64,000 bases of DNA from Patescibacteria group bacterium (GTDB taxonomy: Bacteria > Patescibacteriota > Minisyncoccia > Phycocordibacterales > UBA918), in contig JAZKFU010000008.1 of NCBI GenBank assembly GCA_040386275.1, positions 6,853 through 70,852 of the forward strand. Reading direction: 5' to 3'. Positions 29,495-39,836 of this stretch are shown here, one piece after another (the first letter of the stretch is position 1; the number at the start of each line of letters is the position of its first letter). Made by a program: the position numbers and the translations under genes. A model generated the notes under the pieces. That model was not told the origin of the DNA, ran no database searches, and was given only the letters and a program-made list of their open reading frames with translations.

Positions 29495-30097
29495 TTACGT
29501 TACCAACTTTTCTTTCTCTTCTTTCTTTAATTTCTTTTTAGCTTTTTCGAGTTCGTCCTTGTGCCAGATTTCTTCGGCGCGATCGGTGAATAAAATGCCA
29601 TCAAGGTGGTCATATTCGTGTTGGATGATTTGCGCAAGTAGAGAACCGGCGCCACGTTCGTACACTTTGCCGTGTTCATCTTGAGCACGAATGGTGACGT
29701 TGGTGGACCGGCGGACAATACCGTAGTACTCAGGAATTGAAAGGCAGCCTTCGCCCACTTCATGTGTCTTTTTTGAATACTTCACAATTACGGGATTGAT
29801 GGCAATGAGAGACGGTAAGGCGTCACGATCTTTACTTTGGTCTTCAATCAGGAAAATACGCTTACTGACACCAATTTGCGGAGCAGCAATGGCTACTGCG
29901 GTGTATCCGTCTACTTTGTAAGTATGAAGCGCAGACCGCATATCTTTTAAGATTTTAGCAACCGTGCCATCAGAAAATTCTCCCGAAGTAATTTCTTCGG
30001 CAATGGTATGGAGGGCAGGGTGATTTTCGGGTACGAGCTTGGCCATAATTAATGAGCGTACTATAGCGTATTTACAGAGAAAAATGAAGTAAAACAA
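29495..30097 (-). CDS. def: peptide deformylase (copy 2; true start probably MAKLVPEN at 30046)
   Basis: GIAAPQIGV, GCLSIPE and QHEYDHLDGILF motifs. Confidence 0.85.
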   Translation of the reverse strand: MFYFIFLCKYAIVRSLIMAKLVPENHPALHTIAEEITSGEFSDGTVAKILKDMRSALHTYKVDGYTAVAIAAPQIGVSKRIFLIEDQSKDRDALPSLIAINPVIVKYSKKTHEVGEGCLSIPEYYGIVRRSTNVTIRAQDEHGKVYERGAGSLLAQIIQHEYDHLDGILFTDRAEEIWHKDELEKAKKKLKKEEKEKLVT

Positions 30098-30256
30098 CCA
30101 CTGCCAGGTGGTATGTTTTTACTTCGTTTCCGATTGGTCCTCCTCAAGTAAATCGCTGGAACTTAAACTCTCAGTGAGGGCAAAATCACCCAAGTCAAAA
30201 GGTTCTGCTTAGTTAGTAAAAACCGCGCAACCAAAATTGATGCGCGGCGATACTGA

Positions 30257-30724
30257 TTATTGTTGGGTCAAAATTGAAGCTACTTCTTCGGAGTTCACGG
30301 AGATTTTGTAGTAAAATCCTCCGAAGGTAATTGTTTCGATAACAATTTTTTTGTATTGAGCTTTTGCTTGTTTACACAAGAAAGATTTTTTGGTTTCAAA
30401 GGTGCAAGCACTCTCATAATTTTGTTCGATGGTTTCGAACATCAACCTTCCTCGTTTTTTCATACGCACGAGCACATGATTTGTTTGATCAACATATAGT
30501 TGAAATCCCTCCATTTCATCCGGGGTCAGCGGGAGAAAAGAAGGTCGAGAGCTCAAAATCTCATCGCGTCTCTTTGCTGCCATAAGATTAAGCATCTCAA
30601 GCGTTTGCTTGTCATACGCTTGATCAGCAAATGACTTCTCAATAGTTGGTGGCAGGGTGGTATCTGCCATTATATTACTAGCACACAACGCGATGAGCGT
30701 GAGAGTGAGTAGAACACTACGCAT
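30257..30724 (-). CDS. secreted hypothetical protein
   Basis: Signal peptide MRSVLLTLTLIALCASNIMA. Confidence 0.5.
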   Translation of the reverse strand: MRSVLLTLTLIALCASNIMADTTLPPTIEKSFADQAYDKQTLEMLNLMAAKRRDEILSSRPSFLPLTPDEMEGFQLYVDQTNHVLVRMKKRGRLMFETIEQNYESACTFETKKSFLCKQAKAQYKKIVIETITFGGFYYKISVNSEEVASILTQQ

Positions 30725-30867
30725 GATTAGTCCCCCTGGTGTGAAGATCAGTTTCCCTATTTCGTATAGTAGGCGCAGAACCCCAAACGGTCAATGAACA
30801 AAATGTTTAAAACAAAAAATATCGCGCAGTCCCTTGGGATTGCGCGATACGTCTCATTGCCCCATGA

Positions 30868-31146
30868 CTAAGGTGCTTGTTTGCCGTGAATCAGTTGGAC
30901 CAAAATGTCCGCTTGCAGTTGGTAATGTTCTCTTGCCCGTTTACAATCATCCGGCAGTCTACCAAAAATTCTATTTTTGGCTTTCTCATCTTTGTCCAAG
31001 TTAATGCAGGTTTCCACATACTGAGCATACGCATCATGGAACCGCGTCGCTTGTAGATTGATGACCTTTTCGGCTGTACTCATTCCCTGAGCCGCTACTG
31101 GCGAGCACATCATCAGAGCAAACAATACCTGCAAAGTATTCCGCAT
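30868..31146 (-). CDS. small secreted hypothetical protein (start MRNTLQVL)
   Basis: Signal peptide; helical Cys-containing body. Confidence 0.4.
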   Translation of the reverse strand: MRNTLQVLFALMMCSPVAAQGMSTAEKVINLQATRFHDAYAQYVETCINLDKDEKAKNRIFGRLPDDCKRAREHYQLQADILVQLIHGKQAP

Positions 31147-31289
31147 CTCATTTCCTTCCGAGGTTAAATCTACCAAAAACTATACTATTAATAAAATAAA
31201 TGTCAATAATTTTAGTTATCTCAAAAATATTGAGAAGTATTGGATTAAATTTTAGTTTCGTCAAAAAGTACTTAGATGCAAGGCAGTCA

Positions 31290-31330
31290 AAGAAAATAAT
31301 GCGAGCCGTACTTCTTGTACAGTGAGAATT
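31290..31330 (-). repeat. hairpin repeat family member (reverse orientation)
   Basis: gcgagCCGTACttcttGTACagtgag = reverse complement of the ctcaCCGTAC…GTACGGctc core. Confidence 0.55.
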
Positions 31331-31374
31331 TTTAAATAACCTAATTTGTTTCAAAAAGCGTTCAGATACTAGGT

Positions 31375-31454
31375 GTGAGAAAGTCTGGGAGACTTTCGTA
31401 AGACTCATTGTGGTATTTTGAAAAAATACCCAATGAGTGGATAGTTTCTGTAAG
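31375..31454 (-). ncRNA. structured RNA-like motif, copy 2
   Basis: Reverse complement gives CUUACAGAAACUAUCCA-[CUCAUUGGGUAUUUUUUCAAAAUACCACAAUGAG]-UCUUACGAA-AGUCUCCCAGACU-UUCUCAC. Confidence 0.4.
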
Positions 31455-31464
31455 AAAGAAGTAA

Positions 31465-31505
31465 AATGATGCGAGACGTACTTTTTGTACGTTGAACAGC
31501 ATTTT
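31465..31505 (-). repeat. hairpin repeat family member (reverse orientation)
   Basis: gcgagACGTACtttttGTACGTtgaac. Confidence 0.55.
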
Positions 31506-31546
31506 GCGCACCACAACAACGTAGATGAATGTTTTTTGAAACAAAT

Positions 31547-33445
31547 TTATACGATGCGGTCGGGGTTGATGGTGATGGCTACATACGGCGGCACATGTCG
31601 CAACGTGTCTATCAAATCTTTAGTATCTACACTCGGGTCAAGCCGAAGCAAACAATGCCGTAATTGCTCTTTGGCTTTGGAGTGCGGGTTGGTGTAAAAC
31701 GAGCCGGTAAGATTGTGCATGGCGAGCATCTTTTTAATTACTGCTTCGGTCTCAGTGATAACCGTAGCGTTTCCTTGCCAGGAAAAGAAAATAAACTTGG
31801 CAAACGGTGGATACTTGAGCATTTGTCTGAGGGCAATCTCATCATCATGAAAACGGTCTACTGCAGCGCGAGAGGCGTATATAAGTAAGTCATCGGTCTC
31901 GCTACGCGTTTGAATCATTACTTCGCGACTACTGTGTTCGCGAAGTTCTAAAATCATACGAAATACTGTCTCGTCGGCTCGCCAGGAGGGAATTGCGCGC
32001 ACCGCGTCGAGGGATACAATAGCCGACATACTAATGTTGGTTGGGATATAGGGCATGACCATCTGCGTGCCCAGTAAAATTGCCCCTTTTTGTTTTTCAA
32101 AATCTTTTGTCAGTTGGGTTGCGCGTTTGTGAGTGGTCGCTGTCGTGTGGTCAAAAATAGTGAGGGGAGTTTTGGGAAATACTTTGCGGCACTCATCTTC
32201 AACTTGTTGGATACCAATCCCACGTTCACGCAATCGCCAAGAACCACATTGAGCACACACATCAGCAGCCCGAACTCGTTTGCCTGAGGTGCTTGAGACA
32301 AACCATCGTTCTTCAACGTGTTCTTTGTTTAGGGTACGCAAAAGTGAGTAGGGTGTACCTGAATCAGGACAGCGAAAAATATACCCACAGTCAACACACG
32401 CAACAACTGGTGCGAGGCCGCGCCTCGCAGCAAATAAAAATACATTGTGCCTGCCTTCGAGAGTAGTTTCTATGCGCTTAATCAGTTCCGGCGAAAATAA
32501 TTGAAACGGAATATCGTTTTTAGGTTTATCGGTTTGATTGATGATGGTTAATTTCGCGGGGAGCTCGAGACGAATGGGATGTTCACCAAAAGTCTGGTAG
32601 ATATCATTTCTTCGTTTGTATTCATCTTCAGTAGCGATAAGTGTGTCACCTAAAATAATGCTGCGTTTAGTGATAGCAGCTAAAGTTTTAAGGACGGCAC
32701 GGTGGTCAAGGTGCGGTCGCGTTCGCATTACGTAATGTGGACTGGCGGCATTTTCCATAATGATGGTTGTGCTGTCGGCTCGTTCCAAATAGGCAAAGCT
32801 CGGAGTGGCGATAGTGAGGGTGGCGTGGGTGAGGTCACCAAAGGCCGTGTACGCTCGTTCACGTTCTTTTTTGGTTTGGTGGCTTGAGAAACAAATGACG
32901 CGTTCGCTAATGCCTCGTTCGAGCGCCCGTTTCATTGTATCGACGGCAGTACTTGTTGGTACAACAAGCAGGACTGATCCGCGGTGGGCAAATGCGCTAC
33001 GAATTATAGTTTGGTACTGAATGATACGGTCACCTTCACTAGCACAGAGAATTTGGGGCGTGCTATCTTCGTTGTTTATTTCATTAAGGGGAGTGCTGGG
33101 GTATGGGGCGACTCCTGTGCGGATATCAGGTGGTAAAAGACTAAATAAAATCGCTCCTCGTTTGGAAGGATTTTCAGTATACAGTTTGTCGACGGTAGCG
33201 AGTAAGCTTGGCGCAATTTTTTGGACGTCTTTTTGTTCCGGAAGTTTCCGCAGAGAAAAGGTAGCCGCTTTAAGCGCCGTTTTAGTGGTGGAAACAGCTT
33301 TGCCGTCGACGACAATGCCGCGAATAGTCTTGCCACGTACCGGAATGGCTATAATTGAACCCACATCATAGTTGGTGCTGGAAAAATACGATAAGGACTC
33401 AATTTGGATACCGCGAACGAGAGGAATTACTTCAATAACAAACAT
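31547..33445 (-). CDS. priA: primosomal protein N' (PriA helicase)
   Basis: Helicase core (LLVVPTSTAVD…), Cys-rich zinc-binding insert (CVDCGYIFRCP…CAQCGSWRL), C-terminal domain. Confidence 0.85.
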   Translation of the reverse strand: MFVIEVIPLVRGIQIESLSYFSSTNYDVGSIIAIPVRGKTIRGIVVDGKAVSTTKTALKAATFSLRKLPEQKDVQKIAPSLLATVDKLYTENPSKRGAILFSLLPPDIRTGVAPYPSTPLNEINNEDSTPQILCASEGDRIIQYQTIIRSAFAHRGSVLLVVPTSTAVDTMKRALERGISERVICFSSHQTKKERERAYTAFGDLTHATLTIATPSFAYLERADSTTIIMENAASPHYVMRTRPHLDHRAVLKTLAAITKRSIILGDTLIATEDEYKRRNDIYQTFGEHPIRLELPAKLTIINQTDKPKNDIPFQLFSPELIKRIETTLEGRHNVFLFAARRGLAPVVACVDCGYIFRCPDSGTPYSLLRTLNKEHVEERWFVSSTSGKRVRAADVCAQCGSWRLRERGIGIQQVEDECRKVFPKTPLTIFDHTTATTHKRATQLTKDFEKQKGAILLGTQMVMPYIPTNISMSAIVSLDAVRAIPSWRADETVFRMILELREHSSREVMIQTRSETDDLLIYASRAAVDRFHDDEIALRQMLKYPPFAKFIFFSWQGNATVITETEAVIKKMLAMHNLTGSFYTNPHSKAKEQLRHCLLRLDPSVDTKDLIDTLRHVPPYVAITINPDRIV

Positions 33446-33557
33446 TATGATCAGTATAGCATTTTTGCCATTTAATTTTTTTGGTATTATTGGTAGATAT
33501 TCAAAGTGAAATATTGACGTACTTGGGTGTAATATTTTATAATAAAACAGTGATCAG

Positions 33558-33992
33558 TTGAGCATATCCAGGGAAAAGGAGTACATAATGCCCTTAGCGT
33601 CACGTCTTGTCAGCAATCGCAATCAAGTTGCAGTTGGAGAAATCCTGATTGCTGTTGAAGCCAATAACTACCAATTATCTGTTACTACCCTATTGGTTTC
33701 AAAAATTCCGTCCATATACGATTTTAACGGCCCATACTTTTTTTGTAGCTTAAATAAACATTATAAGTTTATTGACTACAATCTTCCTCCGAATAACTAT
33801 AATCAGAATTCCTTGTGGCGTTTTTCATTACCTATATGGCGAAACTTACAAGATTTACAGATGCGAGGAGAGTCGGGGTACCAACTATACCTCCGCGCGC
33901 TCACTGATTGTCGGCAGGGACGCATACCAATAATGTCTGAAGAAACTGAACAAAACCCCACTGATAAGATGCTGTCCGGGGTAGATGCTTAA
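33558..33992 (+). CDS. hypothetical protein (weak)
   Basis: AT-rich ORF between two minus-strand genes; could be non-coding. Confidence 0.2.
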   Translation: MSISREKEYIMPLASRLVSNRNQVAVGEILIAVEANNYQLSVTTLLVSKIPSIYDFNGPYFFCSLNKHYKFIDYNLPPNNYNQNSLWRFSLPIWRNLQDLQMRGESGYQLYLRALTDCRQGRIPIMSEETEQNPTDKMLSGVDA

Positions 33993-33999
33993 ATAAAAA

Positions 34000-34031
34000 A
34001 CGGACATCGTCACTGATGTCCGTTATTTTAT
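34000..34031. terminator. bidirectional terminator aaaaAACGGACATCgtcactGATGTCCGTTatttt
   Basis: Perfect hairpin directly 3' of murA. Confidence 0.65.
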
Positions 34032-35540
34032 TTAAAATTCGTCTAGATATTTTATATCCGCTCCTAAGGAAGCGAGGCGGGCTACTAGATTTTCATAACC
34101 CCGATTGATACTGTAGATGTTACGCAAGACCGAGCGACCAGAACCACCAAGCATCGCGATGAGAAGAATTGTTGCAGGACGCAGAGCGGGCGGACAGATA
34201 AGCTCGGCTGATTTAAGTGGGGTCGGGCCCGTAATGTAAATACGGTGCGGGTCCGCCAAGACCGTGTCCGCTCCAAGTTTCTCGAGTTCAGTAAAATAGA
34301 TGGCTCGCTTTTCATACATCCAATCGTGAATCAGGGTTTGGCCCGAGGCTTGAGTAGCAATCACCGCAAAGAAGGGGAGGTTGTCTGCGTTGAGTCCCGG
34401 GTACGGGCGAGAGTGAACTTTTTCTGGTGAAGCTACTAATTTGCTTGGTTTGATTTTTAGGTCCACCAACTTGGTGTATCCATTTACTGCCAAGTACGGT
34501 TTGGAGGTTGAGTATTGCAAGCCCATTTTTTCCAGCACCAACAGTTCTAGTTCTAAAAACTCAATCGGTGCGCGAGTTATGGTGACTGCTGAGTTAGTTA
34601 CAATCGCTGCTGCGATAAAGAACATACTATCGGTTGGATCTTCTGCTAAGGTGTATTCAATATCTGTATGGATGTCGGCCACCCCGGTGACAGTTAAGGT
34701 GGTAGTCCCAATACCTTCAATCTGTACGCCAAATAGTTTAAGAAAGACACAAATTTCTTGCACCATGTAGTTAGCACTCGCATATTTAATCACCGTTGTG
34801 CCTTCATGTAAGGCTGCGGCAAATAAAACATTTTCCGTAACCGTGTCACCTGATTCATAAAGAATAATTTCAGTCGGTTTTTTTACGTCAGTTGTGACTT
34901 TAAATTCTTTTTCGGTTGTCTCGATGTGCACGCCATAATGTTCAAGCGCGTAAAAATGAGGACGAACGGTCCGACTACCCAATTTACATCCACCAGACTG
35001 TGGGAGACTAAATGAAGACATCTTGTGAATCAGTGCGCCGATGAACATGACGATGCTGCGGGTTTTTCGCGCGGCTTCAACATCAATTTTTTTGAGGTCA
35101 AACTTTTTTGGGGGTGTAATGGTGATGGTGCTACCGGTCCAGACTATGTGCATCCCGATACTTTGCAGTACCTCGATGATTCGGTGTACTTCTTCTATGC
35201 GGGGCATACGATGGAGGGTAGTCACGCCACGGTTTAATAACGAAGCACACAATAGGCCGACAGCGCCGTTTTTACTGGTATTGGTTTCAATGGTACCGGA
35301 GAGTTTTTTGCGTCCGTTAATTTCAACGTTCACCGTGCCAGGTGAAAGGGTAATTAGATTTTTACCTAACGCTACACCAATTTTTTTTAACATCTCAGCA
35401 CTGATATTTTGTGTGCCTGATTCTAAACGAGCGACGGCACTTTGGGTGGTTTTTAATTTTTTAGCCAGTTGGGTTTGCGTAAGGCCGACGGATTCTCTTA
35501 AATCTGCAATTCGATTTCCAATATTTTCCATAGTTCTCAA
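34032..35540 (-). CDS. murA: UDP-N-acetylglucosamine 1-carboxyvinyltransferase fused to an N-terminal XRE-type HTH domain
   Basis: Residues 1-62 (…IADLRESVGLTQTQLAKKLKTTQSAVARLESGTQNISAEMLKKIGVALG) are a Cro/C1 HTH. The remainder is MurA (INGRKKLSGTIETNTSKNGAVGLLCASLL…LPQSGGCKLGSRTVRPHFYALEHYGV with the catalytic Cys). Single uninterrupted 502-aa ORF. Confidence 0.85.
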   Translation of the reverse strand: MRTMENIGNRIADLRESVGLTQTQLAKKLKTTQSAVARLESGTQNISAEMLKKIGVALGKNLITLSPGTVNVEINGRKKLSGTIETNTSKNGAVGLLCASLLNRGVTTLHRMPRIEEVHRIIEVLQSIGMHIVWTGSTITITPPKKFDLKKIDVEAARKTRSIVMFIGALIHKMSSFSLPQSGGCKLGSRTVRPHFYALEHYGVHIETTEKEFKVTTDVKKPTEIILYESGDTVTENVLFAAALHEGTTVIKYASANYMVQEICVFLKLFGVQIEGIGTTTLTVTGVADIHTDIEYTLAEDPTDSMFFIAAAIVTNSAVTITRAPIEFLELELLVLEKMGLQYSTSKPYLAVNGYTKLVDLKIKPSKLVASPEKVHSRPYPGLNADNLPFFAVIATQASGQTLIHDWMYEKRAIYFTELEKLGADTVLADPHRIYITGPTPLKSAELICPPALRPATILLIAMLGGSGRSVLRNIYSINRGYENLVARLASLGADIKYLDEF

Positions 35541-35618
35541 AATATAGCATATCTGCTATATAGCATCAAAATATAACATGGTGGAAAAGTAGCGGGGATG
35601 ATACACTAGGTACCTTAT

Positions 35619-36632
35619 ATGTTCGAGAGATTTACTCCAAAAATTGGTATCGATTTGGGAACTACCAATGTTTTAGTGTTTGTACCTGGTCAGGGGATTG
35701 TATTAAATGAACCATCGGTCGTGGCCGTAGGAGAAAATAATCAAGTTCTGGCGGTAGGAGTTGAAGCTAAGCGTATGATTGGGAGAACACCTGAGAGTAT
35801 TAAGGCCTACAGGCCAATGAAAGACGGTGTCATCGCTGACTATCGCGTGACGGAGGCGATGTTACGGTACTTTTTGCAAAAGGCCCTCAGTAAATACAAT
35901 ATCTTTAAACCAGATGTGATGGTATCGGTTCCCGCGGGAGTAACATCAACAGAAAGACGAGCGGTAGTTGAGGCCACGATTAAAGCTGGTGCTCGTAATG
36001 CGTACGTGGTGAAAGAACCTATCCTCGCAGCGATTGGTGCGGGTGTACCGATTTATGAGCCCCAAGGGCACATGATTGTTGATATTGGTGGTGGAACGAT
36101 TGACGTGGCGGTGATTTCGCTTGGAGGGATTGTAGCTGCTAACTCGGTGAAGTGTGCGGGGAATCGGATTGATGCAGCGATTATTAACTTTGTGAAAAAA
36201 ACGCGGAACCTATCAATTGGTGAAAAAACTGCTGAAGAAGTAAAAATTAAGGTTGGTTCGGCGTTACCCTTGGAAGAAGAGCTCGTGATGGAACTAAAAG
36301 GACGAGATGTGTTTACGGGACTTCCGCGAACTACCGAAATTAAAACCAATGAAGTTGTGCGGGCAATCGCCGTTGAATTACGCGAAATGATTAAAGCGAT
36401 TAAAGATGTGTTTCAAGATACGCCACCCGAGTTAGCTTCAGATATTATTGATGGCGGAATTATTATGACTGGTGGGACTTCTCAATTACGAAATTTTCCA
36501 GAATTAGTAAAACGCAGGACAGGAGTGAAAGCGCAGTTGGCGGATCAGGCGTTGTTTTGTGTGGTGAAAGGGACTGGCGTGGCTCTGGAGCATTTAACTA
36601 CCTACAAGCGAGCTATTTTGACTAAAAGGTAG
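35619..36632 (+). CDS. mreB: rod shape-determining protein MreB (paralog 1)
   Basis: IGIDLGTTNVLVF, actin-fold phosphate and adenosine motifs (DIGGGTIDVAVIS). Confidence 0.9.
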   Translation: MFERFTPKIGIDLGTTNVLVFVPGQGIVLNEPSVVAVGENNQVLAVGVEAKRMIGRTPESIKAYRPMKDGVIADYRVTEAMLRYFLQKALSKYNIFKPDVMVSVPAGVTSTERRAVVEATIKAGARNAYVVKEPILAAIGAGVPIYEPQGHMIVDIGGGTIDVAVISLGGIVAANSVKCAGNRIDAAIINFVKKTRNLSIGEKTAEEVKIKVGSALPLEEELVMELKGRDVFTGLPRTTEIKTNEVVRAIAVELREMIKAIKDVFQDTPPELASDIIDGGIIMTGGTSQLRNFPELVKRRTGVKAQLADQALFCVVKGTGVALEHLTTYKRAILTKR

Positions 36633-36639
36633 AGTCGGT

Positions 36640-37010
36640 CGTGCATTTCACTGCATCTACGTCGTCAGCCTACGCAACACTGCGCTCACCGTATAAAAAT
36701 ACGGCTCTCTTGCGTTACTTGTCTTCCTAGTATCTACAGCAAACTGCCCAACCGTTTCATTACTTTACATTCGACTCGCACCATTTCGTTTGAGCGCCTA
36801 GCCCCTACTGCAAAATAACCTCTTCTCTATAGGTTGATGAATATTTAAAGTACGGCTCACGCGTTCGTTCGGTCGCGCCTAGCATCTACCATAAATTAAG
36901 CAGTCCTCGGATTTTTAAATCACATATTAGCTTTAAGTGTAGAGATAAGTAAGGCTCCCTTGCGTTACTTGTCTTTCTCGTATCTACAGCAATGGGTGTG
37001 CAGAGACTGC
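36640..37010. repeat. cluster of three to four copies of the intergenic hairpin repeat family
   Basis: …ctgcatctacg…ctcaCCGTATaaaaATACGGctc…gtatctacagcaa… ; …aaaGTACGGctcacg… ; …cttgcgttacttgtctttctcgtatctacagcaa. Confidence 0.6.
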
Positions 37011-37061
37011 CGGTTATTATAGAAGTGGTGCGGTACACTATGGGTATACTTTGTACCTACA

Positions 37062-39830
37062 ATGTTCGAGCGTTCATCAAAACAATTTGCGTCGCCAGAG
37101 GAGGAAGTGCAATATTTGCGCGAGCGGATTGCGGTGCGCGAACGAGAAATATTAGGACGGACAACGGAAGTTGATCACGCTGATTACGAAACCATTGCCA
37201 AACAAGAGTTACACGACTATGGCATGTTTACACCCAAGGTTATTCTAAATCCCGACCACGCGTTAACTGATCATGAAGTGGCGTCTCATAAAGAAGCACT
37301 CATCACCAGTCGGGACCCGGCTGAACAAATCGTGCAAGTTGCCTTTGAAAAGGGAATTCGCAATGCGCTAACGCTTTTGGAAAAAGTATCCAACCCCTTT
37401 GTGATTGATGAAGTGCATCGGCAATTAATTGAACACATAAAACAAGGGCAAACGGTCCAAGATATGAAAGAAGGGGTACCACCCTGGGGCATATTACACA
37501 TGACGCTGTTTGAAGTGACCTTGCCCGAACTTAAGGGAGTGAATGATAAAGAGTATCAACTAGCTGATTTGGTGGGGATGATGGAGCAGTTGTTTGCGGG
37601 TATGCGCAGTATTGCACATACCGATACCCGTAATACTTTTGTGTTTGAAATTGCGGTGGCTGACAATAGTGATGACATTATTTTTTATACCGCGGTACCA
37701 ACGCAGTTCGTTACCTTGTTTGAAAAACAAACTTTGTCCCTATTCCCGCATGCCGTAATTATCGAACAGCTCCATGACTACAATATTTTTGTACCTAATG
37801 GTACGAGTATTATTGCTGATGTCACCTTAGAGAAACATCCCATTTATCCATTACGCAGTTACGATCAATTTAGTGCTGATCCACTCAATGTAATTTTAAA
37901 TGCTTTTTCAAAAATCGAACGCGAAGGAGGAGGTGCGGCGATGCAATTTATTGTCCGGTATCCAAAAAACGATTACCGTAAAACGTATTCCGAAATATTA
38001 AAGAAAGTGCAAAAAGGCACCAAGCCAAAAGAAGCCATTGCGCGCAGTACGATTGGTGGCGAAATCGGAGCGTCGGTTTCTGAGTTGTTTTTCTCTAAAC
38101 CAAAAAAAGAAGGGGAGTATGAACCACCAAAGGAAGTAGATACTGAAGCGGTAGAATTATTCTCTAAAAAAATTACGAGTCAGATAGTCGAAACTAATAT
38201 TCGGATTGCGGTTTCAGCTACCGTGCCTCACCGAGCTGGTCAAATCATGTCTGAGCTTGCCGCCACCCTGCATCAATTTGCGACGGTTGATAGTAACCAG
38301 TTTGTCATTACTGAACGAAAGGGAACTGCTCTTAAGGTAGCCGAGAAAGCATTTTCATTCCGAGAATTTAATCCTAAAGTCACCATTCCGTTGTCCTTGA
38401 CTGAATTATCTACCATCATGCACTTTACGGGTAATGGTATCTCAACGTCGCCACAATTTAAACAATCAGGCGCCCTGACCGCAGCTGCACCAACTGAAAC
38501 TCCGACCGAGGGGACTCTGCTTGGGATAAACAAACACCGCAACTTGGAGAAGAAAATATTTATGACCGAGAAGGACCGCATGCGCCATTTCTACGTCATT
38601 GGGCAAACCGGTACCGGTAAGTCAGTGTTTTTGAAAAACCTCATTACACAGGATATTTTGCGCGGGGACGGAGTCTGTATGATTGATCCGCACGGGACTG
38701 ATATCGTTGATATATTAGGAGCAATTCCACCGGAACGAGAAAAGGATGTGATTTATTTTGATCCCTCTAATTTGGATATGCCAATTGGGCTTAACATGTT
38801 GGAGTACGACCAAAACAAGCCCGAGCAAAAGACGTTTGTGGTTAATGAGTTGTTTTCAATTTTCCAAAAGTTATACGGTGGCAACCCAGAATCAATGGGT
38901 CCAATGTTTGAACAGTATTTCCGAAATGCGACGTTACTCGTGATGGAAGATCCCGATTCAGGAAATACCTTAATGGATATTTCGCGCGTAATGGCAGACG
39001 CCAAGTACCGTCGAATGAAATTAGAGAAAGCCAAAAATCCAGTGGTGGTGCAATTTTGGCGTGAGATTGCAACCAAAGCCGGTGGGGAGGCATCGCTCGA
39101 AAACATTGTGCCGTACATCGTATCTAAATTTGATGTGTTTACCGCCAACGATTACATGCGTCCAATTATTGGCCAGCAAAAATCAGCGTTTAATTTCCGT
39201 GAAATCATGGATGAGAAAAAAATTCTTCTCGTGAATCTTTCTAAAGGACGATTGGGTGAGATTAACGCTAACTTAATTGGGATGATAATTGTCGGCAAGC
39301 TGTTGATGGCGGCGTTGTCTCGCGTAGATAATGAAGCGATGGATTTCCCACCGTTTTATTTACACATTGATGAGTTCCAAAACGTATCAACACCGTCAAT
39401 TGCCTCAATTTTGTCTGAAGCGCGCAAGTACAAATTAAGTCTCACCATGGCCCATCAGTTTATTGCTCAGCTTGATACTGATATTAAAGATGCGGTGTTT
39501 GGTAACGTAGGCTCTATAGCGTCATTCCGAATTGGTTCAGATGACGCGCAGTTTTTAGAGAGTCAATTTGCTCCCGTATTCCAAGCATCAGATTTAATGC
39601 AGGTACCTAATTACAACGCGATGATTAAAATGCTCGCTAATGGTACGCCAACTAAACCGTTTAGTTTAGCCACGATGCCACCGTTTACCGCCAATAGTAG
39701 TAAGGTGGCCGAACTTAAATCTCGTTCAGCACAACGGTATGGACGCCCGAGAGCCGAAGTAGAAGCTGAAATTGACGCTCGCTATGTGAAAGAGCCACTG
39801 TTGCCACCACCACTTAGTGGTATGATGTAG
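37062..39830 (+). CDS. VirB4/TraC/TraG-superfamily (type IV secretion-like) P-loop ATPase, 922 aa
   Basis: Walker A GQTGTGKS, Walker B LHIDEFQNV, C-terminal ARKYKLSLTMAHQFIAQLD (RKY…Q motif of T4SS ATPases); about 500-aa N-terminal domain without homology I can name. Confidence 0.55.
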   Translation: MFERSSKQFASPEEEVQYLRERIAVREREILGRTTEVDHADYETIAKQELHDYGMFTPKVILNPDHALTDHEVASHKEALITSRDPAEQIVQVAFEKGIRNALTLLEKVSNPFVIDEVHRQLIEHIKQGQTVQDMKEGVPPWGILHMTLFEVTLPELKGVNDKEYQLADLVGMMEQLFAGMRSIAHTDTRNTFVFEIAVADNSDDIIFYTAVPTQFVTLFEKQTLSLFPHAVIIEQLHDYNIFVPNGTSIIADVTLEKHPIYPLRSYDQFSADPLNVILNAFSKIEREGGGAAMQFIVRYPKNDYRKTYSEILKKVQKGTKPKEAIARSTIGGEIGASVSELFFSKPKKEGEYEPPKEVDTEAVELFSKKITSQIVETNIRIAVSATVPHRAGQIMSELAATLHQFATVDSNQFVITERKGTALKVAEKAFSFREFNPKVTIPLSLTELSTIMHFTGNGISTSPQFKQSGALTAAAPTETPTEGTLLGINKHRNLEKKIFMTEKDRMRHFYVIGQTGTGKSVFLKNLITQDILRGDGVCMIDPHGTDIVDILGAIPPEREKDVIYFDPSNLDMPIGLNMLEYDQNKPEQKTFVVNELFSIFQKLYGGNPESMGPMFEQYFRNATLLVMEDPDSGNTLMDISRVMADAKYRRMKLEKAKNPVVVQFWREIATKAGGEASLENIVPYIVSKFDVFTANDYMRPIIGQQKSAFNFREIMDEKKILLVNLSKGRLGEINANLIGMIIVGKLLMAALSRVDNEAMDFPPFYLHIDEFQNVSTPSIASILSEARKYKLSLTMAHQFIAQLDTDIKDAVFGNVGSIASFRIGSDDAQFLESQFAPVFQASDLMQVPNYNAMIKMLANGTPTKPFSLATMPPFTANSSKVAELKSRSAQRYGRPRAEVEAEIDARYVKEPLLPPPLSGMM

Positions 39831-39836
39831 GTATTT

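Noticed and set aside
31148-31519. 123-aa minus-strand ORF
   Set aside because: Spans hairpin-repeat and structured-motif copies, with low-complexity composition. It is almost certainly non-coding intergenic DNA upstream of priA.
33558-33992. 144-aa plus-strand ORF between priA and murA
   Set aside because: Retained only as a very low-confidence CDS. AT-rich, no RBS or family similarity; may be a promoter region for the divergent or convergent neighbours.
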